The notes under the pieces are model-generated. The model was not told the origin of the DNA and made no database searches. It saw only the letters and a program-made list of their open reading frames with translations. A stretch of DNA of 62,461 nucleotides, filler included. It is 8 parts of 8 records of this genome, joined end to end, with 100 filler letters (N's around TTAATTAATTAA, not from the genome) between each part and the next. Parts side by side here need not be neighbours in the genome. Positions count along the whole stretch, not along the records: positions 33,596 to 49,399 come from SRR31147125_64481; positions 49,500 to 56,690 come from SRR31147125_64522; 6 more parts are not named here. The stretch is one strand, 5' to 3'. Shown here one piece after another: positions 42,935 to 53,530 of this stretch. The position numbers and the translations under genes were made by a program. How positions within the stretch are numbered: position 1 is the first letter of the stretch; every line of letters starts with the position of its first letter.

Positions 42935-43088
42935 GCTGCGTGTCTCCTTTCGATGTGCTGTTCTCTTTCCTAAATTCTAGCATGGCTGGAGTCGGTGTCA
43001 ATATTTGCCGGTGCCCAAAATGGCTGATGAATAATTTTAATACTGGATGGACGATAAAACGGGCTAAAACCTATGCTCCTGACATAAG

Positions 43089-43125
43089 AAAGCGGCATTC
43101 CGACCTTTACCGGAATGCCGCCTTT
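43089..43125 (-). terminator. Terminator of spoIIID
   Basis: gcggcattccg...cggaatgccgc hairpin just after the stop. Confidence 0.65.
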
Positions 43126-43132
43126 ATCTGGT

Positions 43133-43381
43133 TTAGACGCCTTTATACTTCATTCTTGTTGCCAATCCGCCTCGTATATGCCGTTCGGCCTTGTTGAATT
43201 CCAGAACCTCCTTGACCTGCAGGTACAAGGGCCTGTTAATGTGTTCAAGCCGTTCTGATAAATCCTTATGTACGGTAGATTTGCTGATGCCGAATTTCTT
43301 TGCTGCCGATCGCACCGTCGCCTTGCTCTCTATGATGTATGCCGCCAAATCACAGGCGCGTTCCTCGATGTTGGATTTCAA
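43133..43381 (-). CDS. spoIIID: Sporulation transcriptional regulator SpoIIID
   Basis: IEERA...TVR.AAK.FGISKSTVHKD...NKAERHIRGGLAT..KY; TTG start with GGGAG RBS. Confidence 0.95.
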   Translation of the reverse strand: MKSNIEERACDLAAYIIESKATVRSAAKKFGISKSTVHKDLSERLEHINRPLYLQVKEVLEFNKAERHIRGGLATRMKYKGV

Positions 43382-43602
43382 AAACATCACTCCCGGCAAT
43401 AGTCATGCTAGACTATATGCGGAAAATTCCTAATATATGAGAGTGAGTTGGCGGTGATTGGTATGGTTCTGACGATTGACTGAATTCCCGAAAATATGAT
43501 ACGATGACGCAATGTGGTATATACTGTAAAAAAAGCAAGTAAAACAGTGAAGATGAGATTAAGTTAGCGGATTGGGCGGTAAGGACTAGCATTAAGGGAA
43601 GG

Positions 43603-44220
43603 ATGATTGAAATCGGAAGACGCGTTGTAATAATAATATTTGGTGTTTTCTGTATGATTGGGATTGCTCATTTCCTGCGGGTCTCAGATATCATACCAAA
43701 TGCAATTTACCCAACAAAAAGCTCGCCGCATAAGATATCAATTGTCAGTTATGATGTAGTTTTCCCGAATAGACCAATGATCACATTGAAGCACTATGTG
43801 AACGGACTACATATAAGTGATTATGTTATGGTGATAAAAAACGGAGTTCACATCCAGGAGCCGCAGACGTATAAGTTACCGAAATTTGAAAAAGGAACAG
43901 TCGAGGTTAACGTGGAATTAGGGGATGAAATGAATAGCAGTTTTACACTGAGTTATAATGATGCTAAAGATTTATACCAAAAAGGGCTGCTGATTTATTT
44001 GGATTTAGCCAATCATTACCGTAATTATGATCAATTTGTGTTTTTTGCTTCAGGAAAAGAAATTACATGTTATAGCAGAACAACAAAATATGACGATTGG
44101 GCGGTCGAAAAAGAGTTACCGTCACTAGTAGCAATTCCGCCTAAAGAAAATGTGGGTTATGCATCAATTTACTCTGGATGGAAAGAAAACGAATGGGTGA
44201 TTGAGGACATAGAAGGGTAG
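43603..44220 (+). CDS. Hypothetical protein with N-terminal TM/signal (AT-rich island)
   Basis: 205-aa ORF with RBS-like upstream sequence; no family recognised. Confidence 0.55.
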   Translation: MIEIGRRVVIIIFGVFCMIGIAHFLRVSDIIPNAIYPTKSSPHKISIVSYDVVFPNRPMITLKHYVNGLHISDYVMVIKNGVHIQEPQTYKLPKFEKGTVEVNVELGDEMNSSFTLSYNDAKDLYQKGLLIYLDLANHYRNYDQFVFFASGKEITCYSRTTKYDDWAVEKELPSLVAIPPKENVGYASIYSGWKENEWVIEDIEG

Positions 44221-44271
44221 TTGCAATAATCTAAAATATACGATAGCAATCGTAACCTTGTGGGGGAGTTT

Positions 44272-44898
44272 ATGAGTTTAGAGTTATTTGTTGTAATTAC
44301 TTTGGTTGGTTCATTTATTGGTATTGTGCTAGTGCGCAGCAGGCTTAACGTGAAATTTATTAGTATACTTTTAGGCTTAGCCATTATTGCATCGTTTCCA
44401 ATAATTTATTTTTTGGGTTTTCCAATATTATTCCTTAAAATTTGGCTTAGCGGACAATTGCTGGTTCTTTATTATTTGATTTATGATTTACTTAATAAAT
44501 ATAGATCGGTGAGGCGGTATCCGGGGGTGTTAAGTAAGTATAAGAAAAATCCGGATTTGAGAAAATGGAGTACAGAAGAAGTACAAAATTATCAATCAAC
44601 ATATTTAGCGGGCACAGACGAATCAAATAAAGCGCTTCTTGAGCTAGTATTTGCTGATATGAAAGCTGTACGTAAAATATTTCTGCCATACGTTACTGGT
44701 GCGAAAGGAGGAAGTAGAGTAGCACTATATGTAGTGCCGAATGAAGGCTGCCTTTGGGACATCGAAGATAAAGAGGGTAATTGGATACGTCTGCATAAAA
44801 ACACTGGAGCTTTTGCCAAAGCAACGTCAACAGAGCCCCAAAGCGATGATTATGAGGACGAACAGAAAGTTCTAGTTGGGTATTATCATGTAAAGTAA
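44272..44898 (+). CDS. Hypothetical membrane protein (AT-rich island)
   Basis: Three N-terminal hydrophobic segments; GGGAG RBS. Confidence 0.55.
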   Translation: MSLELFVVITLVGSFIGIVLVRSRLNVKFISILLGLAIIASFPIIYFLGFPILFLKIWLSGQLLVLYYLIYDLLNKYRSVRRYPGVLSKYKKNPDLRKWSTEEVQNYQSTYLAGTDESNKALLELVFADMKAVRKIFLPYVTGAKGGSRVALYVVPNEGCLWDIEDKEGNWIRLHKNTGAFAKATSTEPQSDDYEDEQKVLVGYYHVK

Positions 44899-45072
44899 GT
44901 ATTGTGAAAAAAACAGATAATCATGAAAAGTTAGATGATATTTGGACGCTATAGCACACCAGGACGGAAAATATATCTTGTTTATTATTTAAGTTATCTC
45001 ACGAAGCTTTAAGCCGGTTAAGAAGCATTACAGTTGGATTTCGTTAACCGCAAGAAAAGTAAAGGAATTATT

Positions 45073-45429
45073 ATGTCGTTCATGTTAACATTAGGTATCA
45101 TCTGCGGGGCAGCTGGAGTTGTATTAGCAATAAAATCTACTTCATTGACGATTGTTATTATTAAAGATAATAAAAAAATGGCTAAGACAGTGCTTAAGAA
45201 AAAGCTTGTGCAATCATTAATCATATTTCCAGTCACAATTGTTTTGTTTACATTGGGACTAGTGTTTTTTAGAATGGATTATTATGACTATGGAACAATA
45301 AGTCAATTTATTGTTGTTGCAAAAAACATCTTAATAAAAAGGACATTACGAGTATTTGTATTATATTTTATTGCATTCTTTTTTATAACGCGCTGGATTA
45401 AGAAACTCAACATAACGGAAAATGCTTGA
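45073..45429 (+). CDS. Small hypothetical membrane protein
   Basis: Three hydrophobic segments; AAGGA RBS. Confidence 0.5.
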   Translation: MSFMLTLGIICGAAGVVLAIKSTSLTIVIIKDNKKMAKTVLKKKLVQSLIIFPVTIVLFTLGLVFFRMDYYDYGTISQFIVVAKNILIKRTLRVFVLYFIAFFFITRWIKKLNITENA

Positions 45430-45571
45430 TTACAATTAGTTGGAAATTCTATAAAACAATTAAGAATAAACAATCTGCTTAATATTATTTAAGACAATGG
45501 CAATCTGTATTATGCGTATATTACGTCAATTACAATAAAGCTGGACTAGAAATATAAGAGTGAGGAAGCCT

Positions 45572-46104
45572 ATGAAAAAAGGACCTTGATTGTCTTAGTC
45601 GCCTCAATCACAATGGTTAATTGTTTGATAGCTTTCTTTATTGTGAGGGCTGACCTAATTGTGAGGGCTGACCTAGAAAAAGTGGAATTGGGAGAAAGAT
45701 ATGACAGTGACCAAATATCTATGAGCGAAGATGGCAGATCAATCGGTCAAGACGGCTTCGCCGGGTTGTTTGACACATATAGTCAAGCTGCAAGCGAAAC
45801 ACAGTTAGTCGTTCACGAGGAGACGGCCATTGCGATTGCCGAGGCTGTAATGAGAGAGCTATACCCAAACGATTATTATGGTGTAATCCGTTTACCAACT
45901 TATTTTCGACCATTATATTATAAATCGGAAAATTGTTGGGAGGTCCAGTTACATAAAAACGGTCTCGATCCAAGCCTGAGCTATAGTGAACAAATTCAAG
46001 CTGAAGCTATGTTTGTCTATGTAGATGTCAACTCTGGCGCGGTCAAAGCCATTATTCCGGCAGATGAGTTTTCAGTACACAACCCAGCTAATTCTGACAA
46101 TTAG
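45572..46104 (+). CDS. NTF2-fold immunity-like protein (probable 1-nt deletion in the A run after the ATG)
   Basis: EETAIAIAEAV..E.YP...W.V pattern recalls the YbbC/YhhH/Imm-NTF2 family; RBS GAGG before ATG 45572; internal 18-bp tandem duplication (IVRADL x2). Confidence 0.45.
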
Positions 46105-46163
46105 TTTTATAAAGCAAGTGATGTTATACGGCTAGCGGATTGACCTTTATAGAAAGGCTGAAT

Positions 46164-46475
46164 ATGTTGACATATGTATCTGCAAAATCTAAAGAAGAGA
46201 TTATCCAGTTGATAAGAAGTAATACAAGACCTTATTCACTTTTTGATGTGGGGGGCGGATTTTATACGTCTTGGAGGAAGGAAAACTATTTTGAATTGAC
46301 TTATCCAATTTTCTCTGGCCAAGCATCATTCTGTGGCGACATTATTGAACATGGCAAGGATACAGTCATTAAAGGTAAGTTTGGGATTAATCATGCAGGT
46401 AAAATATTCTTCATTATAGATAATATTTTTCGGTTTCAACGCACTTACATTATCGGCCAGTCAACGAGGAAATGA
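46164..46475 (+). CDS. Hypothetical protein, possibly degraded
   Basis: ORF with AAAGG RBS in the AT-rich island. Confidence 0.35.
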   Translation: MLTYVSAKSKEEIIQLIRSNTRPYSLFDVGGGFYTSWRKENYFELTYPIFSGQASFCGDIIEHGKDTVIKGKFGINHAGKIFFIIDNIFRFQRTYIIGQSTRK

Positions 46476-46729
46476 GATGATAATGCAATTTATCGAGGAA
46501 TATTTGTTGTAACCAGAAAAGATTCTTGTGGAAATCCATTGGGAGGGCAATATAAAAGAAGCTTTGTAATGGTTTAATCGCTATAAGAATAATGATAAGT
46601 TTGTTGACGTAAATGGATGCGATTAATAATGAAACTTTTTGAAAGAAGCTGGAGTTGTTTTTGTATCTAAAAATCGAATAATTAGAGAAAATGCTATAAA
46701 ATAATTAACTATAGACAAATATAGCTGTC

Positions 46730-46788
46730 AAACAACCGGAGGGCCTGTTGTCTGCGCAATGCAGGCGGCAAGCCCTCCGGTTGTTTTT
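46730..46788. terminator. GC-rich hairpin at the island boundary
   Basis: aaacaaccggagggc...gccctccggttgttttt. Confidence 0.6.
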
Positions 46789-46973
46789 GCACCTTTAAGC
46801 GATCAAAGATGGCCGCCGGGCTTGTCCATTGTACTGTAAATACAGTGAGAGGCATGGAATACCATGCTGGGGAAATATATCCGGCACAAATAAACCATGC
46901 TAACATGTTATACAAAGTGATTGCCCGTATCTGTTTAGGCTCCGGGTAAAACATAAAAGCTGGGAGGAACAGT

Positions 46974-48974
46974 ATGGAATACAGAAAATACATCGCCGCA
47001 AAGCTGCCGCTCGATTGGCCGTATCCCGTCGCCTACGAGAAAGAGACGCGGGTCGAATGCGACGTGCTGATCGTTGGCGGGGGACTGGCCGGCGCGTTTG
47101 CCGCCATCAATGCCGCCAAGAAAGGCGCGCGCGTGGCTGTAACAGATAAAGCGCCCATCGTCCGCAGCGGCTGCGCAGGCGTCGGTATCGACCATTGGGG
47201 GCTTGTACATACTGCGCCGTGCTCAAAATATTCGCCCGACGATATGGTGGAGCGCAGCATGATGTCACGCTCCAAGGGCGACCCGTACTCAGCCGAGGTT
47301 GCGCATTATATAACCATGCATGAAAGCTACGAGGCGCTTTTGGAGCTGGAGGAATACGGCATCGATATCCGCGACAGCGAGGACGAATTTGCCGGCGCGC
47401 CGTTCCGCGACGAGGAAACGAAGCTCATGTTCGCCTACGATTATATCAACAAGCATACGCTGCGCCTCAAGGGCGCCGACTTAAAGCCGGCTTTGTATAA
47501 GGAAATGAAGCGGCTGGGCATTGAGATGTACGACAGGGTCATGACGACGTCGCTTTTGACGGAGGACGGGAAGCAGGGCAGCCGTGTCATCGGTGCGACC
47601 GGCGTCAACACGCGCACGGGCGAGTTTTACGTCTTCAACGCCAAGGCGACGATCCTGTCCACCGGCAAGCCGCTGCGGCTGTGGGAGTTTGCAACCGACC
47701 TCGTCGGCTCCAACGCACATCACGATGACCCTAACAGCGCCGGTGACGGCGATGTAATGGCCTGGCGGGCCGGGGCCAAGCTGATGCTGATGGAAAAAAG
47801 CCACTCAACCTCGGGTGGTCGGCGCTATCCCGCCTATGGGACCGGCAATATGGACAATACCTGGCGGCCGTGCTCCATCGTGGACGCGACCGGCAAGGAA
47901 ATCCCATGGCAGGACCGGGACGGCAATATCCTCACAAACCCGGAGGACCGCATGAAGCCGACGCCCGGCCAGACGTATATGTCGGCCGGCGGCAGCCAGG
48001 TGCCCTACGAAATGAGAAGCCCGACCCTTATCTATGATCTCGCCGACCGGATTCGCTCCGGTGAGTATAAGCTGCCGTTTTACGCCGACATGACGAATCT
48101 CCCGGAGTACGAGCGCCGCGCTATTTTTGGACTGATGCTCGGCAACGAGGGCAAAACAAAGGTGCCGGTGCTGGATATGCTGAAAAACGCGGGCTTTGAC
48201 CCGGAAAAAGATATGCTCCAGGCCAATGTTCTGTCCCCGGAGTACATGGGTACCGACCAGCCGTGGTGGGACGTCAAGACACCCGGCATCGGCGGCCCGA
48301 ATATTCGTGACACGGCGTTTATGGGCGGCGGCGGCCTTCTTGTGGATTGGTCGATGAAAAGCTCGCTGGACGGCCTGTATGCCGCCGGGAATCAGATCGC
48401 CGGCCTGTCCGGCGCGTCGTCAGCCGCCGCAACGGGACGCTTTGCCGGGCGAAACGCGGCCGTTTACGCACGGGACGCCCAGAACATACAGCCGTCCGAG
48501 GCGCAGATTGCCGCCGAAAAAGAGCGCGTATACGCCTTCGTCCAGCGCGAGGAAGGGTATGGCTGGAAAGAGGTCCAGCTGGGGCTGTGCCGCATCATGC
48601 AGGATTACTGCGGCGATTACCGGAGCAGGGAAGTCATGGAAATGGGCCTGTGGTGGTTCAATTCCATTCGCGAAAACGAGCTGGCCGCCGCTGTGGCTGC
48701 CAACCCGCATGATCTGGGAAAAGTGCTTGACTGTGATAACCGCCTGACAATTGGCGAGATCATGCTGCACCAGTGCCTGACCCGGGACGCCAGCAGCCCG
48801 AGGCTCGGCGTCAACCGGCTGGATTATCCGGAAAACGGAGATGACTGCGGGTATTACAACGTCATTTCGCTGAAGGACGGCGCGGTATCTGTGGATCACG
48901 TCCCGTACTTTTATTGGCGCGAGGAAGGGTCTCTGGCCGACTGTTATAAAAAGCACAGCTGCAAAGGAGAGTGA
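46974..48974 (+). CDS. FAD-dependent oxidoreductase, SdhA/FrdA/AprA family (AprA-like)
   Basis: DVLIVGGGLAG, RSG, AKATILSTG, GDG..MA.RAGA, GLYAAG, R.DYP. Confidence 0.85.
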   Translation: MEYRKYIAAKLPLDWPYPVAYEKETRVECDVLIVGGGLAGAFAAINAAKKGARVAVTDKAPIVRSGCAGVGIDHWGLVHTAPCSKYSPDDMVERSMMSRSKGDPYSAEVAHYITMHESYEALLELEEYGIDIRDSEDEFAGAPFRDEETKLMFAYDYINKHTLRLKGADLKPALYKEMKRLGIEMYDRVMTTSLLTEDGKQGSRVIGATGVNTRTGEFYVFNAKATILSTGKPLRLWEFATDLVGSNAHHDDPNSAGDGDVMAWRAGAKLMLMEKSHSTSGGRRYPAYGTGNMDNTWRPCSIVDATGKEIPWQDRDGNILTNPEDRMKPTPGQTYMSAGGSQVPYEMRSPTLIYDLADRIRSGEYKLPFYADMTNLPEYERRAIFGLMLGNEGKTKVPVLDMLKNAGFDPEKDMLQANVLSPEYMGTDQPWWDVKTPGIGGPNIRDTAFMGGGGLLVDWSMKSSLDGLYAAGNQIAGLSGASSAAATGRFAGRNAAVYARDAQNIQPSEAQIAAEKERVYAFVQREEGYGWKEVQLGLCRIMQDYCGDYRSREVMEMGLWWFNSIRENELAAAVAANPHDLGKVLDCDNRLTIGEIMLHQCLTRDASSPRLGVNRLDYPENGDDCGYYNVISLKDGAVSVDHVPYFYWREEGSLADCYKKHSCKGE

Positions 48975-48978
48975 CCAC

Positions 48979-49287
48979 ATGTATAATGCTTATTTTCTGC
49001 CGAATCCCGCCGCGCCGAACGAGTGCGTCACCTTTGACGAAGCCAAATGCATCGGCTGTAATACATGCGTCGATGTCTGCCGCTGCGACGTTATGCTACC
49101 CAACCCGGAAAAAGGCAAGCCTCCCATTGTTACATACCCGGACGAATGCTGGTACTGCGGAGCCTGCATATCCGACTGTCCGGTAGAGGGGGCCAACCGC
49201 CTCAACCACCCTCTAAATCAGCGTATCGCCTGGAAGCGTAAGGATACCGGCGAAATATTCCGCGTTAAATACAGCTATATGAAATAA
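48979..49287 (+). CDS. AprB-like 2x[4Fe-4S] ferredoxin
   Basis: CIGCNTCVDVC and ECWYCGACISDCP; C-terminal WKRK tail. Confidence 0.85.
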   Translation: MYNAYFLPNPAAPNECVTFDEAKCIGCNTCVDVCRCDVMLPNPEKGKPPIVTYPDECWYCGACISDCPVEGANRLNHPLNQRIAWKRKDTGEIFRVKYSYMK

Positions 49288-49330
49288 AAAACCGGCTGAC
49301 CCGGGCCTTAGACGGGCGCGGGTCAGCCGG
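49286..49330. terminator. Hairpin terminator after the ferredoxin gene
   Basis: ccggctgacccg...cgggtcagccgg. Confidence 0.6.
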
Positions 49331-49399
49331 ATTACGTCGATATGGATGCCGGTGTTCAGGAAAAGGTTTTGCTTTACTTTGGCGGTTCGTGTACGGGGG

Positions 49400-49499
49400 N
49401 NNNNNNNNNNNNNNNNNNNNNNNNNNNNNNNNNNNNNNNNNNNTTAATTAATTAANNNNNNNNNNNNNNNNNNNNNNNNNNNNNNNNNNNNNNNNNNNN
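49400..49499. other. Artificial contig linker
   Basis: N run with TTAATTAATTAA. Confidence 0.99.
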
Positions 49500-50146
49500 T
49501 TTTCATGGCCGAACAGTTCGCTCTCCAAGAGGTTTTCAGGAAGGGCCGCACAGTTGATGATCACCAGCGGCATGTCGTAACGGGGACCGGCATGGTGAAT
49601 GGCCTGGGCAATCACCTCCTTACCGGTACCGCTCTCACCGGTCAGAAGCACATTGGCCCCCTCATGCCGGGCCACCTCCCGGACTTGATCCAAGATCGCC
49701 CGCATTTGGGGGCTTTTGGCCACTACATCCAGTTTATCCGGCAGGTTGAGGCTCTTTTTCAGGATCCCCACTTGATTTTTGAGTTGTCTGGTCTCTAAGG
49801 CGAGGCGTAAAATCAATTTGATGGCATCGGCTTTGAACGGCTTTTTGATGTAATCGTAGGCCCCCAGCTTCAATGCTTCAACCGCCGATTCAATGGAGGC
49901 GTATCCCGTGATGATGATCACCAGAAGCTCCGGCTCCATCTCCCGGGCCTGCTTCAAGACATCGATGCCGTGAATGTCGGGAAGGTTGAGGTCCAGAAGC
50001 ACCACATCCACATCATTTTGCTCGATAAAGCTCAGGCCGGCCTGTCCGGTGGAGACCGTTGAGACGTCATAGGACTCTTCGGTGAGAATTCGATGTAGAT
50101 TTTCCCGGATGATCTCCTCATCATCTACAACCAGAATATTTTTCAT
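49500..50146 (-). CDS. Sigma54-dependent NtrC/AtoC-family response regulator (3' truncated)
   Basis: REC domain (VVDDE, LLD, KP); GESGTGKE; NCAA...ESELFGHE. Confidence 0.92.
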
Positions 50147-50159
50147 AATCCTTCCTCGT

Positions 50160-52812
50160 TTACGCCGCGGTTTCAAAATCCGATTTTACCGGTAGATAGA
50201 GATGAAAGGTCGCTCCCTTACCCGGCTCACTCTCTACAACGATGCGTCCGCCATGCTCTTCCACGATCGTGTGGGTAATGGAGAGCCCCAAGCCGAATCC
50301 ATCGGGATTCTGGCTGAAAAACGGGTCAAAAATGGCATCGATATCCTCTTTCGCAATACCCGGTCCATTATCACTGACGGAAAGACGAACCATTGATTCC
50401 ATTGCTTCCAGCTCTTCTCCCTTCGCTTCCCATGCTCCGCCATCTTTTTCCTCTTCATCCATTGAGACGAGAATCGTGGAGATCACGATTCTATGCGGTT
50501 TCATCCCGTCACCTCCCCCCACCCCCAGTCCCTGAAGACGGCTCACGACCGCTCGCTTTGACACCACGTATCTCATCTTTCTCCCGCTCCATCACATTCA
50601 GCGCATTGAGTACGATATTGAGAATCGCCTGCCGGATTCGCTCCCGGTCAATGTAAATCCGCGGCAGATCCGGTGTGATTTCCGTCTCAAGGCCCACCCC
50701 TTTTTGCTTGCACTGCTTTTTGACGAAAAAGAGGGTATCGGTCACCACGCGATTGATATCTTCCAGCACCGGAGCATGGGCCGGTTTTGAGGCAAACTCC
50801 AGCAATCGAGTCACGATGTTCTCAAGCTTTTCAATCTCTTCCAAGGCCCGCTGAATGAGCAGTCGGTCGCTGGTGCGATTGGCGATCCGATCGTGAAGAT
50901 CGTCCAGCATCAAAGTGATGCCGGTCAAAGGATTTCGAATTTCATGGGCAATGCCTGCCGCCAGAATCCCCAAAGAGACCAACTTGTCCGAACGGCTGAT
51001 ATGCTTTTCCATATTTTTACGGCGTGTCACATCCCTGAAAATGAGAAGGGTGGACGAATCGCCCTTGGCCCACGCCCCGCTGATGGTGGAGATGGACGTT
51101 TCCAGGTAAATTCGTTTTCCGCCGGCCAGCTCCATCTCAATGGAATAGGCATGGGGAGAGACATCTTTTCGCTCATTTTTTGTCACGCCCATCAACTCCG
51201 GATAGGGAGCCAGAAGCTGTTGGATGTCACAGCTCACCGTCTCTTCCTGGGATTTTCCGAAAAAGGCGGCCGCCCTTGGATTGGCAGAGAGCACTTTTCC
51301 CTCCCGATTGAACACCAGAAGACTGCTGAGCATTCCGCCGTGGATACTTCGAAGCAGATCGACATGCTGTTTCAGCTCATTCACAGAGCGCACCAGGTTT
51401 TGCTCATGGGCTTGGAGACGCAGCCCCATCTCCGTAAATTGTCGCCCCAGGATCTCCAACTCATCCCCGCTATGGATCTCAACATTCACATCATAGTATC
51501 CGGAGCGAATCTGGTTGACCTTTTGCGTCAGCTTTACAATGGGCCGGGTAAAGGTGCCGGCCAGAAACAGGGCGATCATTCCCACCACAACCGCAGTGAC
51601 GCCAATCAGCATAATGGCCTGTCCGGACAATCTTTTGATCATTTCATCAATCTCGGCCGAGGTCTGGGTGACGGATCGATGGAACTCATCGGTTTGTGCT
51701 CCGAGAGTGACACCGCCAAAGCAGCCGGTGTCACGGTAGACGCCGTGATGAAACGCCACCGGTGCATAGGCCAGCACTCTGGAAATGCCCTTGACGCTGG
51801 AGGTCTGGGTGACCCCTGAATTTCCGGCAATCACCTGCCGGGCAATCAGGCGATAATTTTCATGAACAAAGGGCACATGGAGCAAATTGAAGGGAAGGAA
51901 TCCCGTCTTGATGTTCTCAGCACTGTACGCATCCGATGAGGGATCCACCATGTGGCCGGATGCATCACTTCCCCTTATATCCCACGCTTTGGGGTGGGTG
52001 ATCATCCACCCCTGATTATCGAACATAAAGGCGTAGTTGCCGCTTTCATAGCTGGGGGCCAATATTTCCCGACTGCCGAAAGGAAGCACATGCTGCGTAA
52101 ACTCCATCAGATGACGATGATCCAGAGCCAGTGACACCACCCCCTGACAGATACCACGCACCTTCTTTTGCCGCGCAAACCGAATGATCCCTTTAAACGG
52201 TTTACAGCCGCCCTTTTCCCCGATCTCGGTTTCATCATTTTCAATGTCAGGGCACCCGCTCTCACGGTTGAGATGATATCCGGTCAAATGGGATACATAG
52301 AGGGCATCTCCTTCGAGGGCAAGGGCTTTACGAAAATAGTCCTCACGACCAAAATCACTCAGGAATCCTCGGCTGACATCCCTTCCTTCCCGGGCAAACT
52401 CCCCATTTTGTATCAGGATTTCCTCTTTCCCCTGCACATTGGTAAATGAGAGTTCCATATAGAGGGGAAGGTCGTATCGCACCTCTTTTCCGTTCCCATC
52501 TCGATACCAGACCGTACGCTTGTGAACGGTTTCAAAATTAAGATAAACGGCAGGATCCACAGGGAGTGTGGCGAGCATATTCAAATCATCGACACAAGCA
52601 GAGAGAAGCTCTTCAACCTGGGCGGCAATGGATTGCGCCCGCGCCTCCAGAAGGGACATCGTGTTTTCAGTAAGCGCACTGCGACTTCGATCCACCAGGG
52701 TTGTGAGTACCGCGTCCATTCGAACGCGCGTGTAAAAACTCAAACAGATCAACGGAAGAAGAGAGAGTAATAAAAAACCCGTCAAAAACTTTTTCCGAAT
52801 CCCGAATTTCAT
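50160..52812 (-). CDS. Sensor histidine kinase (periplasmic sensor-HAMP-PAS-HisKA-HATPase), frameshift near 50520-50550
   Basis: AHEIRNPL, NIVLNA; G-boxes DNGPGI/GFGLGL in ORF 50160-50576. Confidence 0.88.
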
Positions 52813-53333
52813 CTCAATTTCCTTTCCATACTATTTTTATAAAAAAGAGCCCACAGCCTTGATTCAAAGACTTGCAAATCTTGTTATTGCCGCTGACCGG
52901 CCATGGCAATTTTCCGAATATGCCCGAATGCTTCAGTATTGAACCGGACGTTCATTTCATAAAACAAATCGCTGCCAAATCGACCCACTCTTTTTTGAAA
53001 CCAAGCTTCTTTAATATTCGAGAAGAAGCAAATCCGTCAAGACAAAAGCCGTTGTAACCATTGATATTGCAGACGAACCGACGTGAAATCGGAAAGACGG
53101 AAATGGACGGCGAAAATTCGCCGCTCACCGGTGAATTTTGGTCTTTGATTCAAAGAAGAAAATACACTGATTTTCCCGGAACCGGTTGGATCATCTGAAT
53201 TTGATTTTTTTATCCTGATGAACAAAAAATTGTAAAGCGGTATATTTTTAAGGCCTATCCGTAAGATTTCACCATTCCACATTTGATCTTTATCCTCACA
53301 TATCCTCCATTGAAGTGTTCAAAATCATGACAA

Positions 53334-53349
53334 TGGAACAGCATTTGCT
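53334..53349 (+). promoter_or_regulatory. Sigma54 -24/-12 promoter for the DASS transporter
   Basis: TGGAACAGCATTTGCT: GG-N10-GC, matching TGGCAC-N5-TTGC. Confidence 0.7.
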
Positions 53350-53530
53350 CATATGGAAGTCCGCAACGATAAAATAAGTTGTAAACGCCGATGCCTAACC
53401 TAAGTACATGAGCAGGTTTAATTCTGTGTTTTCCCTGAAAAAGTTTATCGAATTATTGATGGGCGGGTACTTCCCCCGCTATTTATCAACGTGATTCATT
53501 AACCATTGAGGAAAAATTGAGGAGCCTCCC

